This document shows, one piece after another, positions 8,861-17,429 of a stretch of DNA of 30,650 nucleotides. The DNA comes from Rhodospirillales bacterium. Its GTDB lineage: Bacteria > Pseudomonadota > Alphaproteobacteria > Geminicoccales > Geminicoccaceae. The translations under genes were made by a program, and so were the position numbers. The number at the start of each line of letters is the position of its first letter. The stretch's first letter is position 1. The stretch spans positions 1-30,650 of the forward strand of contig SLRI01000327.1 of assembly GCA_007131045.1 (NCBI GenBank), in the 5' to 3' direction. The notes under the pieces are model-generated. The model was not told the DNA's origin. It saw nothing but the letters and a program-made list of their open reading frames with translations, and did no database searches.

Positions 8861-8895
8861 GTTCCATGATCGAGTCGTGCGGAATCGGGAAGAAT

Positions 8896-9477
8896 ATGGC
8901 GCAGAGCTCTCGTATCGGGACCGCGGCAGCAGTGCCGCAGCCGTCATCCGGTGTCGAGCAACTGCTGCTCGTCGACGAAGACGACCGCGTTGTCGGCGTC
9001 GAGGAGAAGCTCGCGGCGCATCGCAGCGGAGCGCTTCACCGGGCGTTTTCCGTGCTGATCTACGACGAGCGGGGCCGCTGGTTGTTGCAGCGGCGCAGTC
9101 CCGGCAAATATCATTCCGGCGGGCTCTGGACGAATGCGGCGTGTGGCCATCCGCGACCCCACGAAACCACGGCGGCGGCGGCGGCTCGACGGCTGTTCGA
9201 GGAGTTGCGATTCGTCTGCCCGCTCACTTTCGTCACCAAGGTGCATTACCGCTCGCCGCTCGACCACGGGCTGACCGAGCACGAACTGGTGTCGGTTTTC
9301 ACCGGGACATACGAGGGTCCGATCGATCCCGACCCGCTGGAGGCCGACGCGGTGCGCTGGATCGAGCCCGAGGCGCTGGTGCGCGACATGGCCGGTCATC
9401 CGGGGCGTTACACCGTATGGTTCAAGAAGTATGTGGCGGAGCTTTGGCCCGCTCTCGGCCGCGCTCGGGCGCCATAG
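8896..9477 (+). CDS. idi: Isopentenyl-diphosphate delta-isomerase, type 1
   Basis: KLAAH, LHRAFSV, LQRRSPGKYHSGGLWTNAACGHP, RRLFEEL, EHELV, YTVWF (Nudix-fold IDI-1). Confidence 0.92.
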   Translation: MAQSSRIGTAAAVPQPSSGVEQLLLVDEDDRVVGVEEKLAAHRSGALHRAFSVLIYDERGRWLLQRRSPGKYHSGGLWTNAACGHPRPHETTAAAAARRLFEELRFVCPLTFVTKVHYRSPLDHGLTEHELVSVFTGTYEGPIDPDPLEADAVRWIEPEALVRDMAGHPGRYTVWFKKYVAELWPALGRARAP

Positions 9478-9899
9478 GCTTCGGGGAGACGGACGGCGGC
9501 CGGGGGTTGGGCTTTCTCTGTTCGTGCCGCTCCTGACCTTGCTGCGGGTATGGCGCGCGCGCCGCCGGGCCGATCGGGGGGTGGCGGCGCCGGCGACCTG
9601 ATCCGTCCGCCGTAGGGCCGCTGGATGGTGTGGAGCGCGCGAACAGCCCGCGTTGCGCCGACGCGGCGGGATCGGCTTCAGACTCCGTCGGATGCTGAGT
9701 CGTCCGCCGTCGGTACTCGGGCTGGTAGGATGCCGGGGCGTTCGGTCGCCGGCTCGACGCGGAGATGCGCAGCGGCGTGTCGTAGGGCGCTCGGTGAGGT
9801 GAAAGGCTGCCGTGGCGACCGCGGGCTGGTGCGGTCGCAGCGCAGGTGTCGGGGCGCGCTGTGTGGATCCCGAGTGGCCGGGTCCGAGGCGCTATAGGT

Positions 9900-11042
9900 C
9901 GTCATGTCCGAATATTTTGTTGGTCGATTAACGCTTCGTTCACGTCGTCGCGCCAGGATGCCGTCGTCACGAACCAGATGGCGGACGGGAAATGGAAGGA
10001 GTTCTACCTTCGAACGAACGAGGGCGCGGCGGTTGCGGTCGCGGTGCGGGCGGCGTGGCTGCCGCCCGGGATGGCGCGGTCCTGTCGGCGGATGGGCGGG
10101 TGGCGATCGGCTGGCTGGACAGCGAGCAGGTGCCCGCTCGTTGCCCGCGTTGCGGCAGCACCGACGTTTGCCGGTGGGGCAGGGCCAGTCCGGCGCGAGG
10201 TGCGGCGATCGGCGCCCGGCGCTGGCGCTGCCGCTCGTGTTGCCGGACCTATTCGGGCTCGACCGGAACCGTCCTCGCCGGCATCCGTGCGCCGGGCAAG
10301 TTTCGCGCCGTGGTCGCCGACATGCTGGGGCCGTCGCCAGCCTCGTGCCGGCACCTGGCGACGCTCCTCGGCCTCGACAAGATGACCATCTGGGCATGGC
10401 GGATGAAGGCCGCTGCCGCTTTCGCCCTCGGCCGTGCGGAAGGCTCGACGGGACCTGTGGCGATGGCCTGCTCGGTGCTCCGGGAGTCCCGCAAGGCCTC
10501 GCGCATGTGGGTCGATCACGAGCGCGACCCGCAGCGCTACCCGAAGCCGGACCGCCTGCGCTGGATCGACTATCGCTTGCGTGGTCTCACCCCGCCGGAT
10601 TGGCAGGCGCGATATCGCATTCCCGTGCAGTTCGCGGTGGACGAGCGCGGCTGCTGCCGGGCCGAAATTCTGCTGCGAACGGACGCCGCCCCGGCAGCCG
10701 CGACCTCGGGTCGGACCGTGACGTCGACCACGGCTCGTGGGCCCGACGGCGGAGCCGCGGTGGCGACGCCCGGATCCTCCGAACAGCGATCGGCACAACG
10801 GCCGGACAGGCCGCCGCCACACTATGGCCGCTCGGTGCGAAGCCGACCGTGTCCCCTGTCCGCGACGCCCGACCTCGACCCACTGAAGGACAGCTTTCGG
10901 GGCTTTCTCGAACCATTCCGCGGTCCGGCGACGATCCATCTGCCGGCCTACGTCGCCTGGTTCATCGCTCGGCTCTCGGCCGCACCTGGTGCAGCGATCC
11001 AGATGTGATCGACCAGCGCCAACACTGAATCGAGACATGACC
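9900..11042 (+). mobile_element. IS1595-family (ISPna2-like) insertion sequence, degenerate
   Basis: Left end CGTCATGTCCGAATATTTTGTTGG (9900-9923) and right end CCAACACTGAATCGAGACATGACC (11019-11042) are imperfect inverted repeats, 16/24 matching. A further TGGTCGAT/ATCGACCA match lies inside. Length 1143 bp; no target-site duplication seen. Confidence 0.7.
9992..11008 (+). CDS. IS1595-family transposase-like protein, catalytic motif degenerate
   Basis: Zn ribbon CPRC...CRSC, HTH (SCRHLATLLGLDKMTIWAWRMK), RESRKASR, and C-terminal FLEPFRGPATIHLPAYVAWF resembling the family F.GVATKYL..Y..WF motif. Start uncertain. Confidence 0.75.
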   Translation: MEGVLPSNERGRGGCGRGAGGVAAARDGAVLSADGRVAIGWLDSEQVPARCPRCGSTDVCRWGRASPARGAAIGARRWRCRSCCRTYSGSTGTVLAGIRAPGKFRAVVADMLGPSPASCRHLATLLGLDKMTIWAWRMKAAAAFALGRAEGSTGPVAMACSVLRESRKASRMWVDHERDPQRYPKPDRLRWIDYRLRGLTPPDWQARYRIPVQFAVDERGCCRAEILLRTDAAPAAATSGRTVTSTTARGPDGGAAVATPGSSEQRSAQRPDRPPPHYGRSVRSRPCPLSATPDLDPLKDSFRGFLEPFRGPATIHLPAYVAWFIARLSAAPGAAIQM

Positions 11043-11132
11043 GGCGCAGATCCCACCCGGTGTGGCATTGCCCTTCGACGACCGCCTGATCCTGTCCCGC
11101 CGCGCCGTCTCGCGGCCCTGGTCGATCCACCC

Positions 11133-12296
11133 TCAATAGGCGCGCGGCAGGCCCAGCACCGTCTGCGCGATATAGGCGAGCACCATGTTGGTCGAGACGG
11201 GGGCGGTCTGAAACAATCGGCATTCCCGCCACTTGCGCTCGATGTCGTAGTCCTTGGCGAAGGCGAATCCGCCGAACGTCTGAAAACACGCCTCGGCCGC
11301 AGCCCAGGCGGCCTCCGACGTCAGCAGCTTGGCGCTGTTGGCTGCCGGACCGCACGGCTCGCCCGCATCGAACGAGGCGGCCGCCTGCCGGGCCACGAGA
11401 TCGGCAGCGTCCAGGTGCACCCGGGCGCGTGCCAGGGGAAACTGGATGCCCTGGTTCTGCCCGATCGGCCGGCCGAAAACCTTGCGTTCCTTGGCGTAAT
11501 CGACCGCCCGCTCGATGAAGTAGCGGCCGTCGCCCAGCGCCTCACCGGCGAGTAGGATGCGTTCGGCGTTCATCCCGTCGAGGATGTAGCGAAATCCCCG
11601 GCCGACCTCGCCGATCACGTTCTCGGCCGGGACCTTCAGGCCATCGATGAAGAGTTCGGTCGTCTGGTGATTGATCATCGTCTCGATCGGCCGGATCTCC
11701 AGACCCTGCCCTTCGGCCTCGCGTAGATCGACCAGCAGAACGGTCAGGCCGTCGCTGCGCTTCTTGCAGTCTTCGAGCGGCGTGGTCCGCACCAGGAGCA
11801 GCAGCAAATCGGAATAGCGCGCCCGGCTCGTCCAGATCTTTTGTCCGGTGACGACGAAATGATCACCGTCGCGCACGGCACGCGTGCGCAGCGACAGCGT
11901 GTCGGAGCCGCTGTCGGGCTCGGTGACGCCGAAGGCCTGCAGCCGCAGTTCGCCCTCGGCAATGGCCGGCAGGTAGCGCTTCTTTTGGCTCGGCGAGCCG
12001 TGCCGGAGCAGCGTGCCCATGGTGTACATCTGGGCATGACAGGCAGCGGCACTGCAGCCCCGGGCGTGGATCGTCTCCAGAATCACGGCGGCGGCGCGCA
12101 ACGGCAGGCCGGCACCACCGAAAGCCTCCGGGATCAGCGCCGCGAGATAGCCGCTCTCGGTCAGCGCCTTGACGAAAGCTTCGGGATAGGCCGAGCGGGC
12201 CTCGAGGTCGCGCCAATAGCTCCCGGGAAAACCGGCGCAGAGCCGTGTCACCTGCTCGCGGATCTCGGGATAGTCGATGGCGGTGTCCATCAGCAT
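11133..12296 (-). CDS. Acyl-CoA dehydrogenase family protein
   Basis: YLAALIPEAFGG, QAFGVTEPDSGSD, GQKIWTS, DGMNAERI, RKVFGRPIGQNQGIQF, QTFGGFAFAKDYDIER. Start 12296 or 12290. Confidence 0.92.
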   Translation of the reverse strand: MLMDTAIDYPEIREQVTRLCAGFPGSYWRDLEARSAYPEAFVKALTESGYLAALIPEAFGGAGLPLRAAAVILETIHARGCSAAACHAQMYTMGTLLRHGSPSQKKRYLPAIAEGELRLQAFGVTEPDSGSDTLSLRTRAVRDGDHFVVTGQKIWTSRARYSDLLLLLVRTTPLEDCKKRSDGLTVLLVDLREAEGQGLEIRPIETMINHQTTELFIDGLKVPAENVIGEVGRGFRYILDGMNAERILLAGEALGDGRYFIERAVDYAKERKVFGRPIGQNQGIQFPLARARVHLDAADLVARQAAASFDAGEPCGPAANSAKLLTSEAAWAAAEACFQTFGGFAFAKDYDIERKWRECRLFQTAPVSTNMVLAYIAQTVLGLPRAY

Positions 12297-12346
12297 CGCA
12301 AAGGGCATCCCATTCGCTCGCAACTCGTTCCCCTCTGCCCGGTCGT

Positions 12347-12360
12347 TTGATCCAGCGCAA
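12347..12360 (+). promoter_or_regulatory. Fnr/FixK-type box upstream of the alcohol dehydrogenase
   Basis: TTGAT-CCAG-CGCAA, with a TAGTGT -10-like hexamer at 12382-12387, consistent with class II (about -41.5) spacing. Confidence 0.6.
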
Positions 12361-12414
12361 GGAACCGTTCGGGCGGTCTGCTAGTGTCGCGATCGAACAG
12401 CGAGGAGGCACAGC

Positions 12415-13491
12415 ATGTCAGCCAAGATGAAAGCGGCCCTTTTTATCGAGCCCAATCGCATCGTCCTCGGCGAAAAGCCGATCCCCGAGGTCGGGCCGAA
12501 CGATGCCCTCTTGAAGGTCACCACGACCACCATCTGCGGCACCGACATCCATATCCTCAAGGGCGAGTACCCGGTCGAGAAGAACCTCACCATCGGCCAC
12601 GAGCCCGTGGGCACGATCGAGAAGCTCGGCCGCAACGTCGTGGGCTATGCGGAAGGCCAGCGCGTCATCGCCGGAGCGATCTGCCCATCCGGCCACAGCT
12701 ATGCCTGCCTCGACGGGCTGCACAGCCAGGACGGCCCGGGCACGGCGCACGGCCTAAAGCCCATGGGCGGCTGGCGCTTCGGCAATACCATCGACGGGGC
12801 GCAAGCCGAATACCTCCTGGTCCCCGACGCCATGGCCAACCTGGCGCCGGTGCCCGACGGGCTCACCGACGAGCAGGTGCTGATGTGCCCGGACATCATG
12901 TCGACGGGCTTTGCCGGTGCCGAGGCCGCCAACATCAAGATAGGCGACACTGTCGCGATCTTCGCGCAAGGTCCGATCGGCCTCTGCGCCACTGCCGGGG
13001 CCAGGCTGAGGGGGGCCACCACCATCATCGCCGTCGACAGTGTCCCCGAACGCCTCGCGATGGCCGAGCGCCTGGGTGCCGACGCGGTCGTCAATTTCAA
13101 GGAAACCGACCCGGTGGAAGCGATCATGGCGCTGACGCAGGGACGGGGTGTGGACAGCGCCATCGAGGCGCTCGGCCTGCAATCGACCTTCGAGCACTGC
13201 CTGAAGGTGCTGAAACCCGGCGGCACGCTCTCCAGCCTCGGTGTCTACAGCGCTGACTTGACGATCCCGCTCGCCGCTTTCCACGCCGGCCTCGGCGACA
13301 ACAAGATCGTCACCTCGCTCTGTCCCGGCGGCAAGGAGCGGATGCGGCGCCTGATGAACGTGATCGCCGGCGGCCGCGTCGACCTCGGTCCCCTGGTTAC
13401 CCACCACTACGACCTGGAGCAGATCGAGGCCGCCTACGACCTCTTCGCCAATCAGCGCGACGGGGTCTTGAAGGTGGCGATCGCCGCCTGA
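12415..13491 (+). CDS. Zn-dependent NAD(P)-linked alcohol dehydrogenase (MDR family)
   Basis: TICGTD, GHEPVG, CPDIMSTG, AQGPIG. Strong RBS GAGGAGG. No 4-Cys structural Zn lobe. Confidence 0.92.
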   Translation: MSAKMKAALFIEPNRIVLGEKPIPEVGPNDALLKVTTTTICGTDIHILKGEYPVEKNLTIGHEPVGTIEKLGRNVVGYAEGQRVIAGAICPSGHSYACLDGLHSQDGPGTAHGLKPMGGWRFGNTIDGAQAEYLLVPDAMANLAPVPDGLTDEQVLMCPDIMSTGFAGAEAANIKIGDTVAIFAQGPIGLCATAGARLRGATTIIAVDSVPERLAMAERLGADAVVNFKETDPVEAIMALTQGRGVDSAIEALGLQSTFEHCLKVLKPGGTLSSLGVYSADLTIPLAAFHAGLGDNKIVTSLCPGGKERMRRLMNVIAGGRVDLGPLVTHHYDLEQIEAAYDLFANQRDGVLKVAIAA

Positions 13492-13573
13492 TCACCCTGT
13501 CGGTTGCTTCCGCGAGCTTCCGCTCTCGCTGCCGCTCTGCTACCGATGGCATGTTTCGCTGTTCGAACGGAAG

Positions 13574-14989
13574 ATGATCATGGCCGCAACCGCCGACCGA
13601 GCCACGACCGACCCCCTGGCCGATGCGCCGGAGGTCTGCCGGCTCGGGGTCGAAGCGCTGACCCGGCAGTATGCGGACGGCAGCCTCTCGCCGGTCGAGG
13701 TGACGGAAGCGGCGTTGGCACGGGCCGAGGCAGTGCAGGCGGCGCACAATGCCTTCACCGAGATCGACCACGACGGCGCGATGGTCCAGGCCGAGGCGGC
13801 GGCGGCGCGCTGGCGACAGGGTTCGCCGGCTTCGCCGATCGACGGGGTGCCGACGACCATCAAGGACATCGTCTGGGTGGCCGGGCACACCATTCGCTAC
13901 GGCAGCAACAGCCAGCCGGTGACCCCGCCGCACGATGCGCCTTCGGTGGCCCGGCTGCGCGCCGCGGGTGCCGTGCTGCTCGGCCTCACCACCACGCCGG
14001 AGTTCGGCTGGAAGGCGGTCACCGACAGCCCCTATTCGGGGGTCACCACCAATCCGTGGAATCCGGCGCTGACGCCCGGTGGCTCCAGTGGCGGGGCGGC
14101 GGCGGCTGCCGCCGCGGGGGCCGGAGTGCTGCATCTCGGTACCGACGGCGGCGGCTCGATCCGCATCCCCGCCTCGTTTACCGGGATTTTCGGGATCAAG
14201 CCGAGCTTCGGGCGTGTCGCGGCCTATCCGCCGTCGCCGTTCGGCACGGTCGCCCACGTGGGCCCCATGGCCCGCTCGGTCGCGGATGCGGCGGCGATGT
14301 TGGCGGTCATGGCCGGCCCCGATCCGCTCGACTGGACCCAGGCTCCGGGCACCATGCCGGCCCTCGAGCGCGCCCCGTTCGATTTCGCCGGCAAGCGGAT
14401 CGGCTACTGGTCCGATCCGCCGCGAGGCTCCGTCGATCGCGCGGTCCAGGCCACCGTCGACGAGGCGGTGGCGGCGATGCAGGCCGCAGGCGCCATCATC
14501 GAGCCGATCACCCTGCCGGACCACGCGCAGCTGTTCGAGATCTTCGCCGGGCACTGGCTCGTGGGGGCGGCGGCGCGGGTGGCACTGCTGCCGCCTGCGG
14601 CCCGGGACGGGCTCGATCCGGGCCTGCTGGAGGCTTCGGCCACCGGCTCTGCCATGGCCGTCCTCGACCACGTCCGCGCGACGCATGCCCGGGTCGCCTT
14701 CGGTCGCGCCATGGACGCTCTGCTCCAGACGTTCGATCTCGTCGTTTCGCCGGCCACAGCGATTCCCGCCTTCGCCGCCGGCCACGAAGTGCCGCCCGGC
14801 TCCGGGCTCGGCCGCTGGACCGAATGGGCCGGCTTCAGCTACCCGATCAACCTCAGCCAGCAGCCGGCCTGCTCGATACCCTGCGGGCTGACAGAAGACG
14901 GCCGGCCGGTGGGCCTGCAGCTCGTCGGCCCGCGCGGCGACGACGCCCGGGTGCTGGCCGCGGCCGCGGCATTCGCAGCGCTCGGCTGA
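13574..14989 (+). CDS. Amidase signature family protein
   Basis: PTTIKD, TTTPEFG, TPGGSSGG, GTDGGGSIRIPAS (Ser-cisSer-Lys triad), PVGLQL. Confidence 0.9.
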   Translation: MIMAATADRATTDPLADAPEVCRLGVEALTRQYADGSLSPVEVTEAALARAEAVQAAHNAFTEIDHDGAMVQAEAAAARWRQGSPASPIDGVPTTIKDIVWVAGHTIRYGSNSQPVTPPHDAPSVARLRAAGAVLLGLTTTPEFGWKAVTDSPYSGVTTNPWNPALTPGGSSGGAAAAAAAGAGVLHLGTDGGGSIRIPASFTGIFGIKPSFGRVAAYPPSPFGTVAHVGPMARSVADAAAMLAVMAGPDPLDWTQAPGTMPALERAPFDFAGKRIGYWSDPPRGSVDRAVQATVDEAVAAMQAAGAIIEPITLPDHAQLFEIFAGHWLVGAAARVALLPPAARDGLDPGLLEASATGSAMAVLDHVRATHARVAFGRAMDALLQTFDLVVSPATAIPAFAAGHEVPPGSGLGRWTEWAGFSYPINLSQQPACSIPCGLTEDGRPVGLQLVGPRGDDARVLAAAAAFAALG

Positions 14990-15019
14990 CCAACTCAGGC
15001 CCCGCATTCACCGCATCCA

Positions 15020-15304
15020 TCAGCGGAACTGCTGCAGCCGGGTGACCCGAAGTCCACCGAGGCCGTGCCGATCGATCGCCCGCTCCCAGGAGGCGAACTC
15101 CTCGGCGGTGAGACCATAGCGGGTGCAGGCCTCGTCGAAGGTCATCAGCCCGGCGCGCACGGCGGTCACCACCTCGGCCTTGCGCCGGGCCACCCAACGC
15201 CGCGTATCCGGCGGTGGCAAGGTCTCCATGGTCAAGATGGTGCCGTTCGGTCCGACCACCGACTTCGGCCGCTGCTGCTCGGTTCCCGCCATCGACATTT
15301 CCAT
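15020..15304 (-). CDS. sciP: CtrA inhibitor SciP (DUF1153)
   Basis: VVGPNGTILT...LPPPDTRRWVARRKAEVVTAVRAGL...ACTRYGLTAEEFASW...GLRVTRLQQFR. GAGGG upstream of ATG 15304; 15292 is an alternative start. Confidence 0.9.
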   Translation of the reverse strand: MEMSMAGTEQQRPKSVVGPNGTILTMETLPPPDTRRWVARRKAEVVTAVRAGLMTFDEACTRYGLTAEEFASWERAIDRHGLGGLRVTRLQQFR

Positions 15305-15360
15305 TGTTCTACCCTCGTTCACGGGTTTTCTGTTGCCGACCCAAGATCAACCATCGGCCT

Positions 15361-15375
15361 TTAATTTGCGTCTAA
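15361..15375. promoter_or_regulatory. Near-consensus CtrA site upstream of sciP
   Basis: TTAA-TTTGCGT-CTAA, one mismatch, in an AT-rich intergenic patch. Confidence 0.65.
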
Positions 15376-15423
15376 TGAACGTGGTAAATCTTCGTTTGCC
15401 ATCTCGGCTTTCCATCAGTCGTC

Positions 15424-16713
15424 TCAGCGGCTGATCTGGATGAGTTCTTCCAGCATATTATTAGTTGTGGTGATGACTCGCGAATTGGCCGAATAGGCGC
15501 GCTGGGTGACGATCATCTTGGTGAACTCGTCGGCGAGATCGACATTGGCGGCCTCGAGCGCCGAGGTCGCGAGCAGCCCGGCCCCGCCGCGGCCGGCGAC
15601 CCGGAGATTGAATTCGCCCGAGCGCTCGGTCTGGGCGAAGACGTTGCCCGAGCGCGGGTCGAGGCCGGCGGGATTGGCGAAGGTGGCGAGCGGCAACTGA
15701 TAGAGGCGACGCTCCTCGCCGTTGGTGAAGGAGGCGATCACGAAACCGGTCTCGTCGATCCGCACCCCGTTGAGCTCGCCCACCTCCGCCCCGTTCTGCA
15801 GCACGAAGGCGACGTTGGTCGGGCTGGCGAACTGGGTCATCCCGTCGGTCTCGCCGTTGCTGCCGAGGTCGAAGGTGATGGTGCTGTCGTCGGCGCCGGT
15901 GGCGGCGTTCCAGTCGATCGGCACCTGCAGACCGTCGAGAGCATTCGTGGCGAGGCTGCCGTCGCCGTTGAAGGTCACTTCGCCTGCGGCCAGGGCGACC
16001 GCACCGGCCGTGACCACGTTGGGATCGGCCGCATAGATCTCGACCTGCCAGGTGTTGGGCGCCGTCTTCAAGAAGCCCATGGTGAGCGTCTGCGGCCGGC
16101 CGAGACTGTCGTAGACCTGGATGTTGCGCGAGAAGTGCGGCTCCGTCGTGCCATCGGCGAGGTCGTTCACGTTGTAGGCGCCGACATGCGCTTCGCGATC
16201 GGCATTCAGGTTGGCGCCGACCCGCACATTGTTGGTCGCGGTGGCGAGACCGTTGACGAGGCCGACATTGACTGTTGCGACATTGTTGATGTCGGCGATG
16301 TTCTCGTCGGCGTCGAGCATCCAGCCCTGGAGGTATTGGCCCGAGGGGGTGCGCAGATTGCCGAGAAAATCCGGCGCAAAGGAGCCGGCGCGGGTGTAGA
16401 CTTGCTCGCCGGTGCCGTCGGCCAGGCTGTTGACGACGAAGAAGCCGGCTCCCGAGATCGCGGCATCGGTCGGCGAGTTGCTGTTCTGGATCAGCCCCTG
16501 ACTGCCGATCGTCAACGCCCCCATCGAGCGTACCCCGCCCGGCGAGTAGGAGGTCACCGAATCCTTGCGCGTCACCAGATTGGCGAACTGGGCGACGGTG
16601 CCCTTGTAGGCGGTGGTGTTCACGTTGGCGACGTTGTCGGAGATCATGCTCATCGCACGGGACTGGGCGCCGAGGCCGGAGACACCCGCATAAAGCGATC
16701 CGAAGAGGCTCAT
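15424..16713 (-). CDS. flgE: Flagellar hook protein FlgE
   Basis: GVSGLGAQS...ISDNVANVNTTAYK, QVYTRAGSF, VYDSLGRP, LEAANVDLADEFTKMIVTQRAYSANSRVI. AGGAG RBS. Confidence 0.95.
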   Translation of the reverse strand: MSLFGSLYAGVSGLGAQSRAMSMISDNVANVNTTAYKGTVAQFANLVTRKDSVTSYSPGGVRSMGALTIGSQGLIQNSNSPTDAAISGAGFFVVNSLADGTGEQVYTRAGSFAPDFLGNLRTPSGQYLQGWMLDADENIADINNVATVNVGLVNGLATATNNVRVGANLNADREAHVGAYNVNDLADGTTEPHFSRNIQVYDSLGRPQTLTMGFLKTAPNTWQVEIYAADPNVVTAGAVALAAGEVTFNGDGSLATNALDGLQVPIDWNAATGADDSTITFDLGSNGETDGMTQFASPTNVAFVLQNGAEVGELNGVRIDETGFVIASFTNGEERRLYQLPLATFANPAGLDPRSGNVFAQTERSGEFNLRVAGRGGAGLLATSALEAANVDLADEFTKMIVTQRAYSANSRVITTTNNMLEELIQISR

Positions 16714-16746
16714 TGTTCTGCTCCTAGAAGAAAAGTCGTCGGCTGT

Positions 16747-17409
16747 TCACGCCGCCGGACGGACGGCGCGCACGGCATCGAGCGGAAAGGATCGGCCATC
16801 GACCGAGAGGACGAGGCCGTCTGCGGTCTGCAACAAGGCATCGACCTTGCCGCTGCTGGTCTGCGTCACCGCCACCGGGCGGCCGTTGGCATCGACGGCC
16901 TCGATGCGCACCCCGTAGCTGCCGGCCGGCCGGCCGCGGCGGTCGTCGTCGACGCCGTTCCAATTGGCCTGCTGCGGCCCTTGGCCGGTGGGGCCGGCGA
17001 GCCGGCGCACGACCAGCCCGGCATCGTCGACGATCTCGATCGCCACGGCCGCTGCCGGGCCCGCGAGCTCGTAGGCGATCTTCGCCTCGCCGCCGAGCGG
17101 CAGGTGGATCCGGCTGTTGTCGAGCTCGACCGTGGCGCCGACATACTGCAGCGCTGCGGTGTGCTGGGTCGCCTGCATCAGGCTCACCAGGCTCTTCAGC
17201 TGCGTGTTGGTCTGGATCGCCTGCTCGACCGCGGAGAACTGGACGAGCTGGCTGGTGAACTGCTCGGCGTCCATCGGGCTCAGCGGATCCTGGGTCTGCA
17301 GCTGGGTGGTCAACAGCTTGAGAAAGCCGTCGAAATCCGCTGCGAGCTTGGCCCCGTCGCGATCCCCGACGGTCCCCTTGGTGGCGGCCTGGACGGCGCT
17401 GATGGTCAT
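16747..17409 (-). CDS. flgD: Flagellar hook capping protein FlgD
   Basis: FLKLLTTQLQTQDPLSPMD...FTSQLVQFSAVEQ, followed by an Ig-like region (NWNGVDD). Confidence 0.93.
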   Translation of the reverse strand: MTISAVQAATKGTVGDRDGAKLAADFDGFLKLLTTQLQTQDPLSPMDAEQFTSQLVQFSAVEQAIQTNTQLKSLVSLMQATQHTAALQYVGATVELDNSRIHLPLGGEAKIAYELAGPAAAVAIEIVDDAGLVVRRLAGPTGQGPQQANWNGVDDDRRGRPAGSYGVRIEAVDANGRPVAVTQTSSGKVDALLQTADGLVLSVDGRSFPLDAVRAVRPAA

Positions 17410-17429
17410 GTCTCTGGCACTCCTGCCGG

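Noticed and set aside
8747-8867. Longer bchI start at 8867 and a 9-codon upstream ORF (MPSNAPDTA) ending in ATGA at bchI
   Set aside because: The extension crosses the promoter and PpsR site and has no homology; the uORF has no RBS and is too short to support.
10020-10042. Alternative frame of the IS encodes EGAAVAV, identical to the pilin cleavage region
   Set aside because: No Glu+5/Tyr+6 or hydrophobic helix follows, the codons differ, and Ala/Val/Gly runs are common in GC-rich frames.
12655-12730. Missing structural-zinc cysteines in the alcohol dehydrogenase
   Set aside because: A known feature of this MDR subfamily; catalytic Cys/His/Asp are intact.
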